Shown here in pieces: positions 28,659 through 38,798 of a stretch of DNA of 46,097 nucleotides (its first letter is position 1; the number at the start of each line of letters is the position of its first letter). The stretch lies in NCBI GenBank assembly GCA_947628895.1, contig CANRBS010000005.1, forward strand, positions 1 through 46,097, in the 5' to 3' direction. A model generated the notes under the pieces. It ran no database searches and was not told the origin of the DNA. It worked only from the letters and a program-made list of their open reading frames with translations. The translations under genes were made by a program, and so were the position numbers. The DNA comes from an uncultured Bacilli bacterium (lineage in GTDB: Bacteria > Bacillota_I > Bacilli_A > RF39 > UBA660).

Positions 28659-31226
28659 ATGAAAAAAAGAGCAATATTAATTGATGGAAATAACTTATTA
28701 TTTAGAAGTTATTATGCTACTGCTTATATGGGAAATTTAATGAAGAATTCTAAAGGTGTACCTACAAATGGACTTTATGGATTTGTAAATATGATAAATA
28801 AAATTATTAATGAAGAAGCACCTGAATATATAATGGTAGCATTTGATAAAGGACATAATTTTAGAAAAGATTTATATGAAAATTATAAAGATGGTAGAAT
28901 TGAAACACCACAAGACTTGTTAGTTCAATTTCCTATTGCTAAAGAAATATGTACACTTCTTGGTATTAAATATATTGAATGTGATAATTATGAAGCTGAT
29001 GATATAATTGGTACATTTGCAAGAATGGCTGATGAAGATAAAGATTATAATGCTACAATTATTAGTAGTGATAAAGATTTATTACAATTAATTAGTGATG
29101 AAGTTGATGTAAAATTATTAAAACAAAAAGATTATGTTATTATGAACCCAGAAACATTTAGAGAAACTTATGGAATAGAACCAATTAGAATGATAGATTT
29201 AAAAGCATTAATGGGAGATGCATCTGATAATATTCCTGGTGTTAAAGGAATAGGTGAGAAAACAGCCTTAACTTTATTACAAAAATATGAAACATTAGAT
29301 GGTGTATATGAACATTTAAATGAAATAAGTGAAAAAACAAGAGAAAAATTAATTAATGATAAAGAAAATGCCTATTTTTCATATAAACTTGCTACTATTT
29401 ATAAAACAATTGATTTTGATTATACATTTGAAAGTATTAAATATAATGGACCTGATACTGAAAAATTAATTGATAAATATAAAGAACTAGAATTTAATTC
29501 ATTTTTAAAAAGTATTCCAACTAAAATAGATAATTCTAATATTGAATATGAAGAAGTTAAAGGAAAAATAGAATTAAGTGGTAAATATAGTTTCTATTTA
29601 GAATTAAATGGTACTAATTATCACACTGCTGATATGATTGGAGCATCTATTTATGATGGTAAAAAATCATATTATTTTGATAAAGCTAGTTTAATGTTAA
29701 ATAAAGATTTACTTAATGATATTGAAGTAACTTTTGATTTAAAAAAGAATATTGTTTATTTAAATAGATTAGGAATTAGTACTAATAGTAAATTTGATAC
29801 ATTAATCGCAAGTTACTTACTTAATTATAATGTTAAAGATGATGTATCATATTTAGCTAATACTGTAGGAATACAACTTGCATATTATGATAATATTATT
29901 GGTAAAAAAAGTACTATGACTCATGAAGAAATAATGTCTACTATAGTTAAAAAAGCTAAATATTTATATGATTATGAACAAAGTTTTCAAGATAAATTAG
30001 TATCAGAAGAATTAAATGACTTATATTATAATATAGAACATCCATTAATTAGTGTTTTAGCTGATATGGAAATTACTGGTATTAATGTTAAAAGTGAAGT
30101 AATTGATGAATTAAAAGAAGATATTAAAGTAAAATTATCAAACTTAGAAGATACTATTTATAATTATGCAGGTGAAAAATTTAATATATCAAGTCCAAAA
30201 CAACTAGCATATATTTTATATGATAAATTAGGTTTACCAAAAGGAAGAGGTAAGAATGCTAATTCTACTGCTCATGATGTATTAATTAAATTCGTAAACT
30301 CTCATCCAATTATAAATGAATTACTTGAATATAGGAATTTAAATAAGCTTTACACAACATACTTAGATACTTTTAATGATTATATACATGAAGATAATAA
30401 AATACATACAATATATAAGCAAACAGGGACAAGAACTGGTAGACTTTCATCAATTGATCCTAATCTTCAAAATATACCAGTTAGAAGTGAAGAGGGTAAG
30501 AAAATAAGAAAAGCATTTGTTGCTAGTGAAAACAGTGTATTATTATCTAGTGATTACTCTCAAATAGAACTTAGAATACTTGCTCATATTAGTAATTGTG
30601 ATAAATTAAAACAAGCATTTATTAATGGTGAAGATATACATACACATGTAGCTGCTGATATATTTGGATGTGATGAAATAAGTGTAACTCCTAATATGAG
30701 AAGAACTGCTAAAGCTGTTATATTTGGTATTGTTTATGGTATTAGTGGTTATGGGTTAGGTGAAAACTTAGATATAAGTGCTAGTGAAGCAAAACAATAT
30801 ATTGATAAATATTTAAATTTATATCCAGAAGTTAATAATTATATGAACGAAATAGTTGAAAAAACAAGAGAACTTGGATATGTAAGAACTCTTTTAAATA
30901 GAAAAAGAGAAATAGAAGAAATTAAAAATACTAATCATTTAATAAGAGCTATGGGAGATAGAATGGCATTAAATACACCAATTCAAGGAACTAGTGCTGA
31001 TATATTAAAAATGGCTATGATTAAAATTTATAATGAATTAAAAGAAAAAGGTTATAAAACTAAAATGTTATTACAAGTACATGATGAATTAATATTTGAT
31101 ACTCCAAATGATGAATTAAATGATGTTATTGAACTTGTTAGAAACACTATGGAAAACATATATAAATTATCAGTACCACTTAAAGTAGGTATTGATTATG
31201 GTAAAAACTGGTATGAAGCAAAATAA
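28659..31226 (+). CDS. polA: DNA polymerase I
   Basis: LIDGNN, YEADDIIGT, GDASDNIPGVKGIG, TGRLSS.DPNLQNIP, DYSQIELR, LLQVHDEL. Confidence 0.98.
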   Translation: MKKRAILIDGNNLLFRSYYATAYMGNLMKNSKGVPTNGLYGFVNMINKIINEEAPEYIMVAFDKGHNFRKDLYENYKDGRIETPQDLLVQFPIAKEICTLLGIKYIECDNYEADDIIGTFARMADEDKDYNATIISSDKDLLQLISDEVDVKLLKQKDYVIMNPETFRETYGIEPIRMIDLKALMGDASDNIPGVKGIGEKTALTLLQKYETLDGVYEHLNEISEKTREKLINDKENAYFSYKLATIYKTIDFDYTFESIKYNGPDTEKLIDKYKELEFNSFLKSIPTKIDNSNIEYEEVKGKIELSGKYSFYLELNGTNYHTADMIGASIYDGKKSYYFDKASLMLNKDLLNDIEVTFDLKKNIVYLNRLGISTNSKFDTLIASYLLNYNVKDDVSYLANTVGIQLAYYDNIIGKKSTMTHEEIMSTIVKKAKYLYDYEQSFQDKLVSEELNDLYYNIEHPLISVLADMEITGINVKSEVIDELKEDIKVKLSNLEDTIYNYAGEKFNISSPKQLAYILYDKLGLPKGRGKNANSTAHDVLIKFVNSHPIINELLEYRNLNKLYTTYLDTFNDYIHEDNKIHTIYKQTGTRTGRLSSIDPNLQNIPVRSEEGKKIRKAFVASENSVLLSSDYSQIELRILAHISNCDKLKQAFINGEDIHTHVAADIFGCDEISVTPNMRRTAKAVIFGIVYGISGYGLGENLDISASEAKQYIDKYLNLYPEVNNYMNEIVEKTRELGYVRTLLNRKREIEEIKNTNHLIRAMGDRMALNTPIQGTSADILKMAMIKIYNELKEKGYKTKMLLQVHDELIFDTPNDELNDVIELVRNTMENIYKLSVPLKVGIDYGKNWYEAK

Positions 31227-31230
31227 ACCA

Positions 31231-32364
31231 TTAGAATTTTAATGGTTTATTTTTTATTTCATCACTACTTATATCTTCATAAATATATGAGTAAATATCA
31301 GTAACTCTTTTTTCTATATTAAGTGTTTTATACTTTTTAGTATCATATTTATTTAAGATAGGGAATTCTAAATTAGATTTTATTTCATTTAAATATTTTT
31401 GTCCTTCATTACTAAATCCAAGTATTCTAATATATTCAATATCTAAATCTTTATTTTCATCTTTAGTGAATGAACATAATATATGATTTAACATTCTTGA
31501 TATTTTATTATAAGTATATCTTTTAGTTTTAATATTTTGTATTAATTCATCTAATGAGTTTGATTTATTTATAGAACTTTTTATTCTTGTACTTAGTCCT
31601 TCATCTACATCTAAATATTTTTCTAAATTTTCTTCTGATAATATTTTATATTTTAAACATTCAAAATATTTATTATTAATATTTTTATCTTTAAGTATTT
31701 CATATACATTTTGTGGTACTTTATCTTTAATACTTTGATTATTTATGATTCTATTTCTTATGTTAGAAGATGATACTATATTAGAACTATCTAATAAGTC
31801 ATGATAATCATTAGTTCTTTTAATATTAAATATTTCTATATTATAATTATTTTTTATTATTTCTTTTATATAACTTAGTGCTAGTAAATCATTAGGACTT
31901 TTAATTTCATAATTATTTAAGTCTTTTAGAGCTTTATTTAGAGCAGTAGGGTAATTTATTCCAGAACTTAGATATTCTTTTACTTTTAAATCAAATTCAT
32001 TATTATTGATTTGTGTTTTAGCACAAGAAATAATTTCATCTATATTTTCAGTTTCACTTCCAAAACATAAAGTATCTATATGAACAGCATTTAAAAGTTT
32101 TAAAGCATTATGAGCAAATATATCACTACTTTGAGTAGAGAATACATAAGGAAGTTCTATTACAATATCAACTCCATTTAAAATAGACACTTTAGTTTTA
32201 TCCCATTTATTTAATATAGATAAGTTTCCTCTTTGAGTAAATGAAGAAGATGTGCATACTATAATAATTGAATCTTTATATTTTTCTTTTATTTTTTTAA
32301 TTTGATATAAGTGTCCATTATGAAATGGGTTATATTCAACTACAATTCCTATTATCTTTTTCAT
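31231..32364 (-). CDS. tmcAL: tRNA(Met) cytidine acetate ligase (YlbM-like nucleotidyltransferase)
   Basis: EYNPFHNGHLY, FTQRG, ELP, PNDLL...Y, KTKRYT; divergent from rpmF as in Bacilli. Confidence 0.92.
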   Translation of the reverse strand: MKKIIGIVVEYNPFHNGHLYQIKKIKEKYKDSIIIVCTSSSFTQRGNLSILNKWDKTKVSILNGVDIVIELPYVFSTQSSDIFAHNALKLLNAVHIDTLCFGSETENIDEIISCAKTQINNNEFDLKVKEYLSSGINYPTALNKALKDLNNYEIKSPNDLLALSYIKEIIKNNYNIEIFNIKRTNDYHDLLDSSNIVSSSNIRNRIINNQSIKDKVPQNVYEILKDKNINNKYFECLKYKILSEENLEKYLDVDEGLSTRIKSSINKSNSLDELIQNIKTKRYTYNKISRMLNHILCSFTKDENKDLDIEYIRILGFSNEGQKYLNEIKSNLEFPILNKYDTKKYKTLNIEKRVTDIYSYIYEDISSDEIKNKPLKF

Positions 32365-32520
32365 AAATACTCCTTTTTTTCATAAGATATTATAGCAAAT
32401 TCATAAAAAAACTACAATTTTTATAAAAAATGATTAATTTTACTTGATATTTTTTATTATTTATGAGAAAATACATTAGCAAAGAAAAAATGTTTATCTT
32501 GATGTGAAGGAGGAATAAAA

Positions 32521-32733
32521 ATGAAATTAGATATTACTTTATTTGGTGCATTACCTTTTAGAAGAATTAGTAAAACTGCTAAAAGACAAAGAAGAACTCA
32601 TTTAAAGAAAACTGCTCCAACTGTTACAACTTGTAGTAATTGTGGTGCTGTTGTAGCTCCTCATAGAGCATGTACTAAGTGTGGATACTATAAAGGAAAA
32701 GAAGCTATTAAAGTTACTAAAGAAGAAAAATAA
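32521..32733 (+). CDS. rpmF: 50S ribosomal protein L32 with N-terminal extension
   Basis: PFRRISKTAKRQRRTH, CSNCG..PHRACTKCGYYKG. Confidence 0.95.
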   Translation: MKLDITLFGALPFRRISKTAKRQRRTHLKKTAPTVTTCSNCGAVVAPHRACTKCGYYKGKEAIKVTKEEK

Positions 32734-32744
32734 ATTATTAAATT

Positions 32745-32766
32745 ACAACCATTAAGGTTGTTTTTA
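32745..32766 (+). terminator. intrinsic terminator after rpmF
   Basis: acaacc-attaa-ggttgt followed by ttttt. Confidence 0.75.
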
Positions 32767-32789
32767 TTTACAATTTATGATATTATTTT

Positions 32790-33042
32790 TGCAAGAGCTA
32801 TGAATAGGAAGAGTAATTTATTAATTTATTATAGAGAGTTATCAAATGGTGAAAGATAATATAAATTATAAATGAAAGACACCTAGGAGCTATTTATTTG
32901 AAATAATAGTAGAATAAATCGTAAGTAAAACGTTAAATTACTAGAGTGATTATATAAATTTATATAATAAATTGGGTGGTACCGCGGATTAAAATAAAAA
33001 ACAGTTATTCGTCCCTTGTGGATAATGTAACTGTTTTTATTT
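32790..33042 (+). promoter_or_regulatory. T-box riboswitch (Asp, GAC specifier)
   Basis: AGAGA and GGTGAAA stem I motifs; GAC at 32878-32880; TGGGTGGTACCGCGG at 32973-32987; terminator aaaaacagtta..taactgttttt. Confidence 0.92.
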
Positions 33043-33054
33043 TAGGAGGGTATA

Positions 33055-34368
33055 ATGAATAAGAAAAATTTAAATGAATTAGAAAAATATTTAGATGAAA
33101 ATATTACTATTGTAGGATTTGTTGATAATATTAGAGACTTACAATATGTACAATTTCTTATTATTAGAGATAGTTATGGAAAATTACAAGTAACTATTGA
33201 AAAGAATGAAGAAAATAATAAATTAAATGAAATAGTTTCTAATTTATCATGTGAAAGTACAGTAAAAATTACAGGAAAACTTATAAAAAATGAAAAAGTA
33301 AAATTAAATGGTATGGAATTAATACCAAATGGAATTATAATAACTAGTAAATGTTTAGAAGAATTACCTATCAATTACAAAGAAATGAATTCTTCTTTAA
33401 TTGATACTAGATTAAATTATCGTTTTTTAGATTTAAGAAATGAAAAAAATAATTTAATGTTTAAAGTTCAAACTTGCCTTATTAATGCTATGAGAGAATT
33501 TGTTGTAAAAAGTAATTTTGTTGAAATCCACACACCAAAAATTATTAGTGCAGCAAGTGAATCAGGATCTGATGTTTTTGAACTTAAATATTTTGATAGA
33601 AAAGCATATTTAGCACAAAGTCCTCAATTTTATAAACAAATGGCAATGTGTAGTGGTTTTGAAAGAGTATTTGAAATAGCACCTGCTTTTAGAGCAGAAA
33701 AATCAAATTCTTATAGACATACTACTGAATTTACATCTTTTGATATAGAAATTAGTTATTTAGAAAATTTAGAAGAACTAATGGATTTTGAAGAAAATCT
33801 TATAATTGCTGGATTAAGTGAAGTAAAAGAAAAATATGAAAGTGAAATTAAAAGATTATTTAATGTAGATATTATAATTCCTACTAAACCATTTCCAAGA
33901 ATTAAATTAGAAGAATTATATAAAATTTTAGAAGAAAAATATAATTTTAAAATGAATTATGAAGATGTAGGAGATATGAATGCTGAATCAGAAAAACTAG
34001 CATCAAAATATATAAAAGAAAAATATGGACATGAATTTGTATTTATTACTGATTTTAGTGCTAAAAAAAGAGCATTTTATCATAAAAGAGAAAAAGGAAT
34101 ACCACAAGGTGCTGATTTGATATGGAAGGGTTGTGAAACAACTACTCTTGCTATTAGAGAAAATAGATATGAAATTTTATGTAATCAAGCAGAAGAAAAA
34201 GGTTTAAAAGATGATGTTAAATTCTATTTAGAATTCTTTAAATATGGATGTCCTCCACATGGTGGATTTGCAATTGGAGTAGATAGATTAACTATGTTAT
34301 TACTTGAAACAATGTCTTTGAAAGAAACAATGTTTATATTTAGAGGACCAAGTAGAATAGAACCATAA
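33055..34368 (+). CDS. aspS: aspartyl-tRNA synthetase, short archaeal/eukaryal-type (likely non-discriminating)
   Basis: RLNYRFLDLR, YLAQSPQFYKQ, FRAE.S...RH.TEF, GCPPHGGFAIGVDR; 437 aa, too short for a GAD insert; Asp T-box. Confidence 0.92.
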   Translation: MNKKNLNELEKYLDENITIVGFVDNIRDLQYVQFLIIRDSYGKLQVTIEKNEENNKLNEIVSNLSCESTVKITGKLIKNEKVKLNGMELIPNGIIITSKCLEELPINYKEMNSSLIDTRLNYRFLDLRNEKNNLMFKVQTCLINAMREFVVKSNFVEIHTPKIISAASESGSDVFELKYFDRKAYLAQSPQFYKQMAMCSGFERVFEIAPAFRAEKSNSYRHTTEFTSFDIEISYLENLEELMDFEENLIIAGLSEVKEKYESEIKRLFNVDIIIPTKPFPRIKLEELYKILEEKYNFKMNYEDVGDMNAESEKLASKYIKEKYGHEFVFITDFSAKKRAFYHKREKGIPQGADLIWKGCETTTLAIRENRYEILCNQAEEKGLKDDVKFYLEFFKYGCPPHGGFAIGVDRLTMLLLETMSLKETMFIFRGPSRIEP

Positions 34369-34391
34369 AAATAATAATTTAGGAGGATAAT

Positions 34392-34943
34392 ATGAATGAA
34401 TTAAATACAAAAAAGCTTGAAACAGAAAGGTTAATATTAAGAAAATTTGAATTAAGTGATGCTGATGGTATGTTTAATAATTGGGCAACTGATGAAAAAT
34501 CTTGTAGATATTTAAGTTGGAGTGTACCTAAAAATGTTGAAGAAACAAAGTCAGTAATAAAGTCTTGGATAGAAGAATATAAAAATGGAAGTTATAATTG
34601 GATAGTTGAATTAAAATAAACACATGAAGTAATTGGAAGTATTTGTGTAATATCAACTAGTAAAATGAATTCAACTGCTGAAGTTGGATACTCTTTTGGT
34701 TCTAAATATTGGGGATGTGGTTATGCAACCGAAGCATTAAGAAGAGTATTAGAATATTTACTTAATGATTGTGGATTTTATTTAATTGAAGCAGATTATA
34801 TAAGTGGGAATCCTGCTAGTGGAAGAGTTATGGAAAAAGCAGGAATGCATAGAGATGCAATTCTTCGTGAAAGAGGATATAATAAATATACAAATGAAAG
34901 AAATGATACAATTGTTTATTCTATAAAAAGAGATGAATTGTAG
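34392..34943 (+). pseudogene. RimJ/RimL-type GNAT acetyltransferase with in-frame stop
   Basis: LETERLILR..; TAA at 34617-34619, then the same frame continues THEVIGSI..AEVGY..YWGCGYATEAL..NPASGRVMEKAGM. Confidence 0.85.
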
Positions 34944-35050
34944 GGTAAACAACAAAAGAGAAAATAAGTAAGTAAAGTTGTAATTTACTTACTCTTTTGT
35001 TAAAATTATAATTAGTTTATTAAAACTAATTATAGATTGGAGATGAGATA

Positions 35051-36097
35051 ATGAGTAAAATAGAAGAACAAAATAATTTATTAATATATAAAAATAAAGA
35101 TGGCAATATAGTTGTTGATGCAATCTATAAAGATGAAACCCTATGGCTTACACAAAAAGGTATGTCTAAAGTCTTTGATGTTGGAGTACCAGCAATTTCA
35201 AAACATTTGAGAAATATATTTGATGAGGAAGAATTAAATGAGAGTATGGTTGTTTCCAAAATGGAAAATACCACTCAACATGGAGCGATTAAAGAAAAAA
35301 CACAAACAAATGAGGTTAAGATTTATAATCTTGATGCTATTATTGCAGTAGGTTATCGTGTTAATTCTAAAAAAGCAACTGAATTTAGAATTTGGGCAAC
35401 AAAAATACTAAAAGAATATATGATAAAAGGTTTTGCTCTAAATGATGAAAGATTTATAAATGGAAATAAATTTAGCATTAAATACTTTGATGAATTATTA
35501 GAAAGAATTAAAACCATTAGAGTAAGTGAAAGAATGTCTTATCAAAAAATAACAGATTTGTTTATTGCAACATCATCTGATTATAATCCAAAAACTGAAG
35601 AAGCATACACATTTTTTAAAATTGTACAAAACAAATTGCATTATGCAATAAGTGGTCATACAGCAGCAGAATTAATTTATACAAGGGCTAATGCTAATAA
35701 AGTAAATATGGGACTTACTAATTGGAAAAATAGTCCTGATGGGTTAATATATAAATATGATGTTTCTATAGCTAAAAACTATTTAAATGAAGAAGAATTA
35801 AATAAATTAAACCGTTTGACTATAGCATTTTTAGATTATGCTGAAGATATGGCTTATGAACATAAAGTGATGACTATGAACGATTGGATAAATGCAACCG
35901 ATAAATTATTAAAATTTAGAGAAAAAAATATTTTGACTAATTCTGGTAAAATAACCCATAAAGCTGCAGTTGATAAAGCTGAGAGGGAATATGAGAAATA
36001 TAGAGTAATTCAAGATCAAAAATATATATCTTCAATGGACGAATTCTATAAGAGATATTTTAAAGAAAATAAAGAGAGTAGTGATAAAAATGAATAA
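35051..36097 (+). CDS. RhuM family protein
   Basis: ETLWLTQK, YNLDAIIAVGYRVNS..AT.FR.WAT, IR.SER..YQK, VQNKLHYA. Confidence 0.9.
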   Translation: MSKIEEQNNLLIYKNKDGNIVVDAIYKDETLWLTQKGMSKVFDVGVPAISKHLRNIFDEEELNESMVVSKMENTTQHGAIKEKTQTNEVKIYNLDAIIAVGYRVNSKKATEFRIWATKILKEYMIKGFALNDERFINGNKFSIKYFDELLERIKTIRVSERMSYQKITDLFIATSSDYNPKTEEAYTFFKIVQNKLHYAISGHTAAELIYTRANANKVNMGLTNWKNSPDGLIYKYDVSIAKNYLNEEELNKLNRLTIAFLDYAEDMAYEHKVMTMNDWINATDKLLKFREKNILTNSGKITHKAAVDKAEREYEKYRVIQDQKYISSMDEFYKRYFKENKESSDKNE

Positions 36098-36146
36098 TAA
36101 TAAAACAAATATCAACTATTTGATTGCAATTTATTTAACCATTTAG
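36090..36146 (+). pseudogene. rbgA 5' stub 1 (MNNNKTNINY) fused to a conserved junction motif
   Basis: aataaaacaaatatcaactat matches rbgA start aataaaacaaatattaattat, then ttgattgcaatttatttaa. Confidence 0.7.
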
Positions 36147-36311
36147 TTGATGAGCAATTATAAACAAAGTTTTATTAAAAATTAAATCATGTATGGTTTA
36201 TTAAAAATGGATTAAAATTGATGAGAATCGATAATAATATAATATAAAATGGATTATGCCAATTAACTCTTTAGGATTAATAGTTAAAAGTTAACAAAAA
36301 AATTTATAGAG

Positions 36312-36842
36312 GTGATAAATTTGAAAAATATTGAACTATATGTACCAAAATTAAAAGATTACTGGTATGAAGAAAAAATACAAAAAGATCTATTATCTAT
36401 GAATTATAATGCGGGATATGATGTTTCTTATTATGGATATCATTATGATACTGGATGTATTGATTTTCCAAAAGAAAAATGGAAAGAAACTTATGAAAAG
36501 AGAAAAGATAAAAATAAATATTTTGCTTATATTAAAGATTTGGATTTAAATGAATATGTTGGATATGTAAATTATCATTACAATGGAAATGAAAATAGAT
36601 ATGAATGTGGAATATTAATAGAGAACAAATATAGAGGCTGTGGTTATTCAAAGTTAGCTTTAAAATTATTGTGTCAAGTAGCTAAAGAAAACGGAATAAA
36701 GGAATTGTATGATAATTTTGAAAAAGATAGAGATAAGGCTTTACAATTATTTAAATCAGCAGGTTTTAAAATTGTTGAAACACAAACTTGGAAAAAATTT
36801 GATAAAATGGTAGAAGGTGTATTAATTAAAATTGATTTATAA
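36312..36842 (+). CDS. GNAT family acetyltransferase
   Basis: VGYVNY, ECGILI..KYRGCGYS, LFKSAGF. Confidence 0.8.
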   Translation: MINLKNIELYVPKLKDYWYEEKIQKDLLSMNYNAGYDVSYYGYHYDTGCIDFPKEKWKETYEKRKDKNKYFAYIKDLDLNEYVGYVNYHYNGNENRYECGILIENKYRGCGYSKLALKLLCQVAKENGIKELYDNFEKDRDKALQLFKSAGFKIVETQTWKKFDKMVEGVLIKIDL

Positions 36843-36948
36843 AAAATGATATAAATGGACAATCAACAAAATAAGTTACTACTTTTTTGATTAGGAATTA
36901 GACAACTGATTACGATAATGAAACTATACAAAAAGTATCTACTATAAA

Positions 36949-37068
36949 ATGAAAGGTAAAACGAAAAAAGAAAGATTTGAAATATTAAGTGATATATGTA
37001 AATATCAATTAGATATTTTAAATAATTTTGAAAAAATTAAATTATTAAATGAAAAAGGTAGTGATTAA
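36949..37068 (+). pseudogene. short ORF or 3' remnant of an eroded gene
   Basis: 39-codon frame ending ...ggtagtgattaa, the same RBS-bearing tail style as the rhuM genes, directly before stub 2. Confidence 0.35.
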
Positions 37069-37069
37069 A

Positions 37070-37129
37070 ATGTCAAATGAAGAAAAAAATTTTCAAAAAA
37101 CAAACATCAATTGGTTGATTACGATTTAA
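37070..37129 (+). pseudogene. rbgA 5' stub 2 (MSNEEKNFQKTNINW) fused to a conserved junction motif
   Basis: aaaacaaacatcaattgg then ttgattacgatttaattaa. Confidence 0.7.
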
Positions 37130-37313
37130 TTAAGAACACTTGTAACTTCTTATAAATAAAGGAACTTATCTAATTTTGATTTTTCATCTTTTTATTAAAT
37201 AAGGATCAAAATATTAAAAAATTATTAAGATTATAGTATTTTTAGTATAATTTGTATTAGAAATTAGAAGGGTGATTACGACATTTAAGAACATATGAAA
37301 AGGAGATGATAAA

Positions 37314-38339
37314 ATGACAAAAGATTTAATGATTAGAAGTAGTGCTGAAGAGTTTATTACTTTTAAAGTACAAGAAAAAGATAAAGGTATTCAAGTAAGA
37401 TATGAAAGTGAAACTCTTTGGATGACTCAAAAGGCAATTGCAGAACTTTTTGATGTTCAAAGACCAGCTATTACAAAACATTTGAATAACATTTTTAAAG
37501 AAAATGAATTGGATAGAAAAGCAGTATGTTCCATTTTGGAACATACTGCTGAAGATGGAAAAAAGTATCAAACAAAATATTATAATTTAGATGCAATAAT
37601 TTCTGTAGGATACAGAGTGAATTCAATTAGGGCTACTCAATTTAGAAGATGGGCTACTAGTGTTTTAAAGACTTTTACGATTCAAGGTTATGTATTAGAT
37701 AAAGAAAGAATGAAAAACGGCTCATTTATTGATAAAGATTATTTTGAGAAGTTACTTGAAGAAATAAGAGAAATACGATTGTCTGAAAGAAGATTTTATC
37801 AAAAAGTAACAGATATATATGCAACAAGCATTGACTATGACCCTAAATCTCCTATTTCTATAGATTTTTTTAAAAAAGTTCAAAACAAAATGCACTACGC
37901 TGTTTCAAAACAAACTGCTGCTGAAATAATATATGATAGAGTAGATGCGAATAAAGAACATATGGGTTTAACATCATGGAAAAATTCACCAAATGGAAAA
38001 ATAATAGAATCAGATGTTATTATTGCTAAAAATTATTTATCTGAAGAAGAAATTAAAGATTTAGAAAGAATTGTTAGTGCATTTTTAGAAATTGCAGAAA
38101 ATCGGGCAAGAAGACATATACCAATGACAATGGAAGATTGGGCAAATAGAATTGATAAATTTTTACTTGCAGATGATAGAGATATATTAAAAGATGCCGG
38201 AAAAATATCACACGAAATTGCTTGTGATAAAGCTTTAACAGAATTTGAAAAGTATAGAATAAAACAAGATAAATTATATAAATCAGATTTTGATTTGTTA
38301 ATAGAAGAAAGTAAAAGTAGTGGTGATAAAAATGAATGA
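37314..38339 (+). CDS. RhuM family protein (second, divergent copy)
   Basis: ETLWMTQK, YNLDAIISVGYRVNS.RATQFRRWAT, IREIRLSERRFYQK. Confidence 0.9.
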   Translation: MTKDLMIRSSAEEFITFKVQEKDKGIQVRYESETLWMTQKAIAELFDVQRPAITKHLNNIFKENELDRKAVCSILEHTAEDGKKYQTKYYNLDAIISVGYRVNSIRATQFRRWATSVLKTFTIQGYVLDKERMKNGSFIDKDYFEKLLEEIREIRLSERRFYQKVTDIYATSIDYDPKSPISIDFFKKVQNKMHYAVSKQTAAEIIYDRVDANKEHMGLTSWKNSPNGKIIESDVIIAKNYLSEEEIKDLERIVSAFLEIAENRARRHIPMTMEDWANRIDKFLLADDRDILKDAGKISHEIACDKALTEFEKYRIKQDKLYKSDFDLLIEESKSSGDKNE

Positions 38340-38784
38340 CAAAGAAAAAAACTATAATTCTCATGCAAAATTTATGGCAGATATAGCTTTAGCAATACTA
38401 GAAGGCAATAAAGATGTACTTGATGTAAACGGAGTCAAAGAAATAATATCGTTATATTTATTAATTCCGTATATCTATAAAGGACCATCTGGACAATTAG
38501 AGACCCCAGGACCTAATTATATTGTTCCTAAAGTGCGCGGAAATTTTTGTGACGATATAACACTGGAAAATTTGAGAGATGCTTTATGCCATTCTTTTAT
38601 TACAACAGAAGAAGATAAAAATGATGGAACTATGCATGGGAAATATTTAATATTAGATGATAGAGCCAAATATAGTAGAAAAGAACATGATAAATTATCT
38701 TCTAAATTAGGTACGACCTGTATCGATACTAATTATTCGCATAGAAAACTAGTTGAATTATTTAATGAAATTATTAATAATTAA
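38332..38784 (+). CDS. hypothetical protein with HEPN-like RxxxxH motif
   Basis: LENLRDALCHSF; ATG at 38332 overlaps the rhuM 3' end. Confidence 0.55.
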   Translation: MNDKEKNYNSHAKFMADIALAILEGNKDVLDVNGVKEIISLYLLIPYIYKGPSGQLETPGPNYIVPKVRGNFCDDITLENLRDALCHSFITTEEDKNDGTMHGKYLILDDRAKYSRKEHDKLSSKLGTTCIDTNYSHRKLVELFNEIINN

Positions 38785-38798
38785 AATGGAGGTTAATT

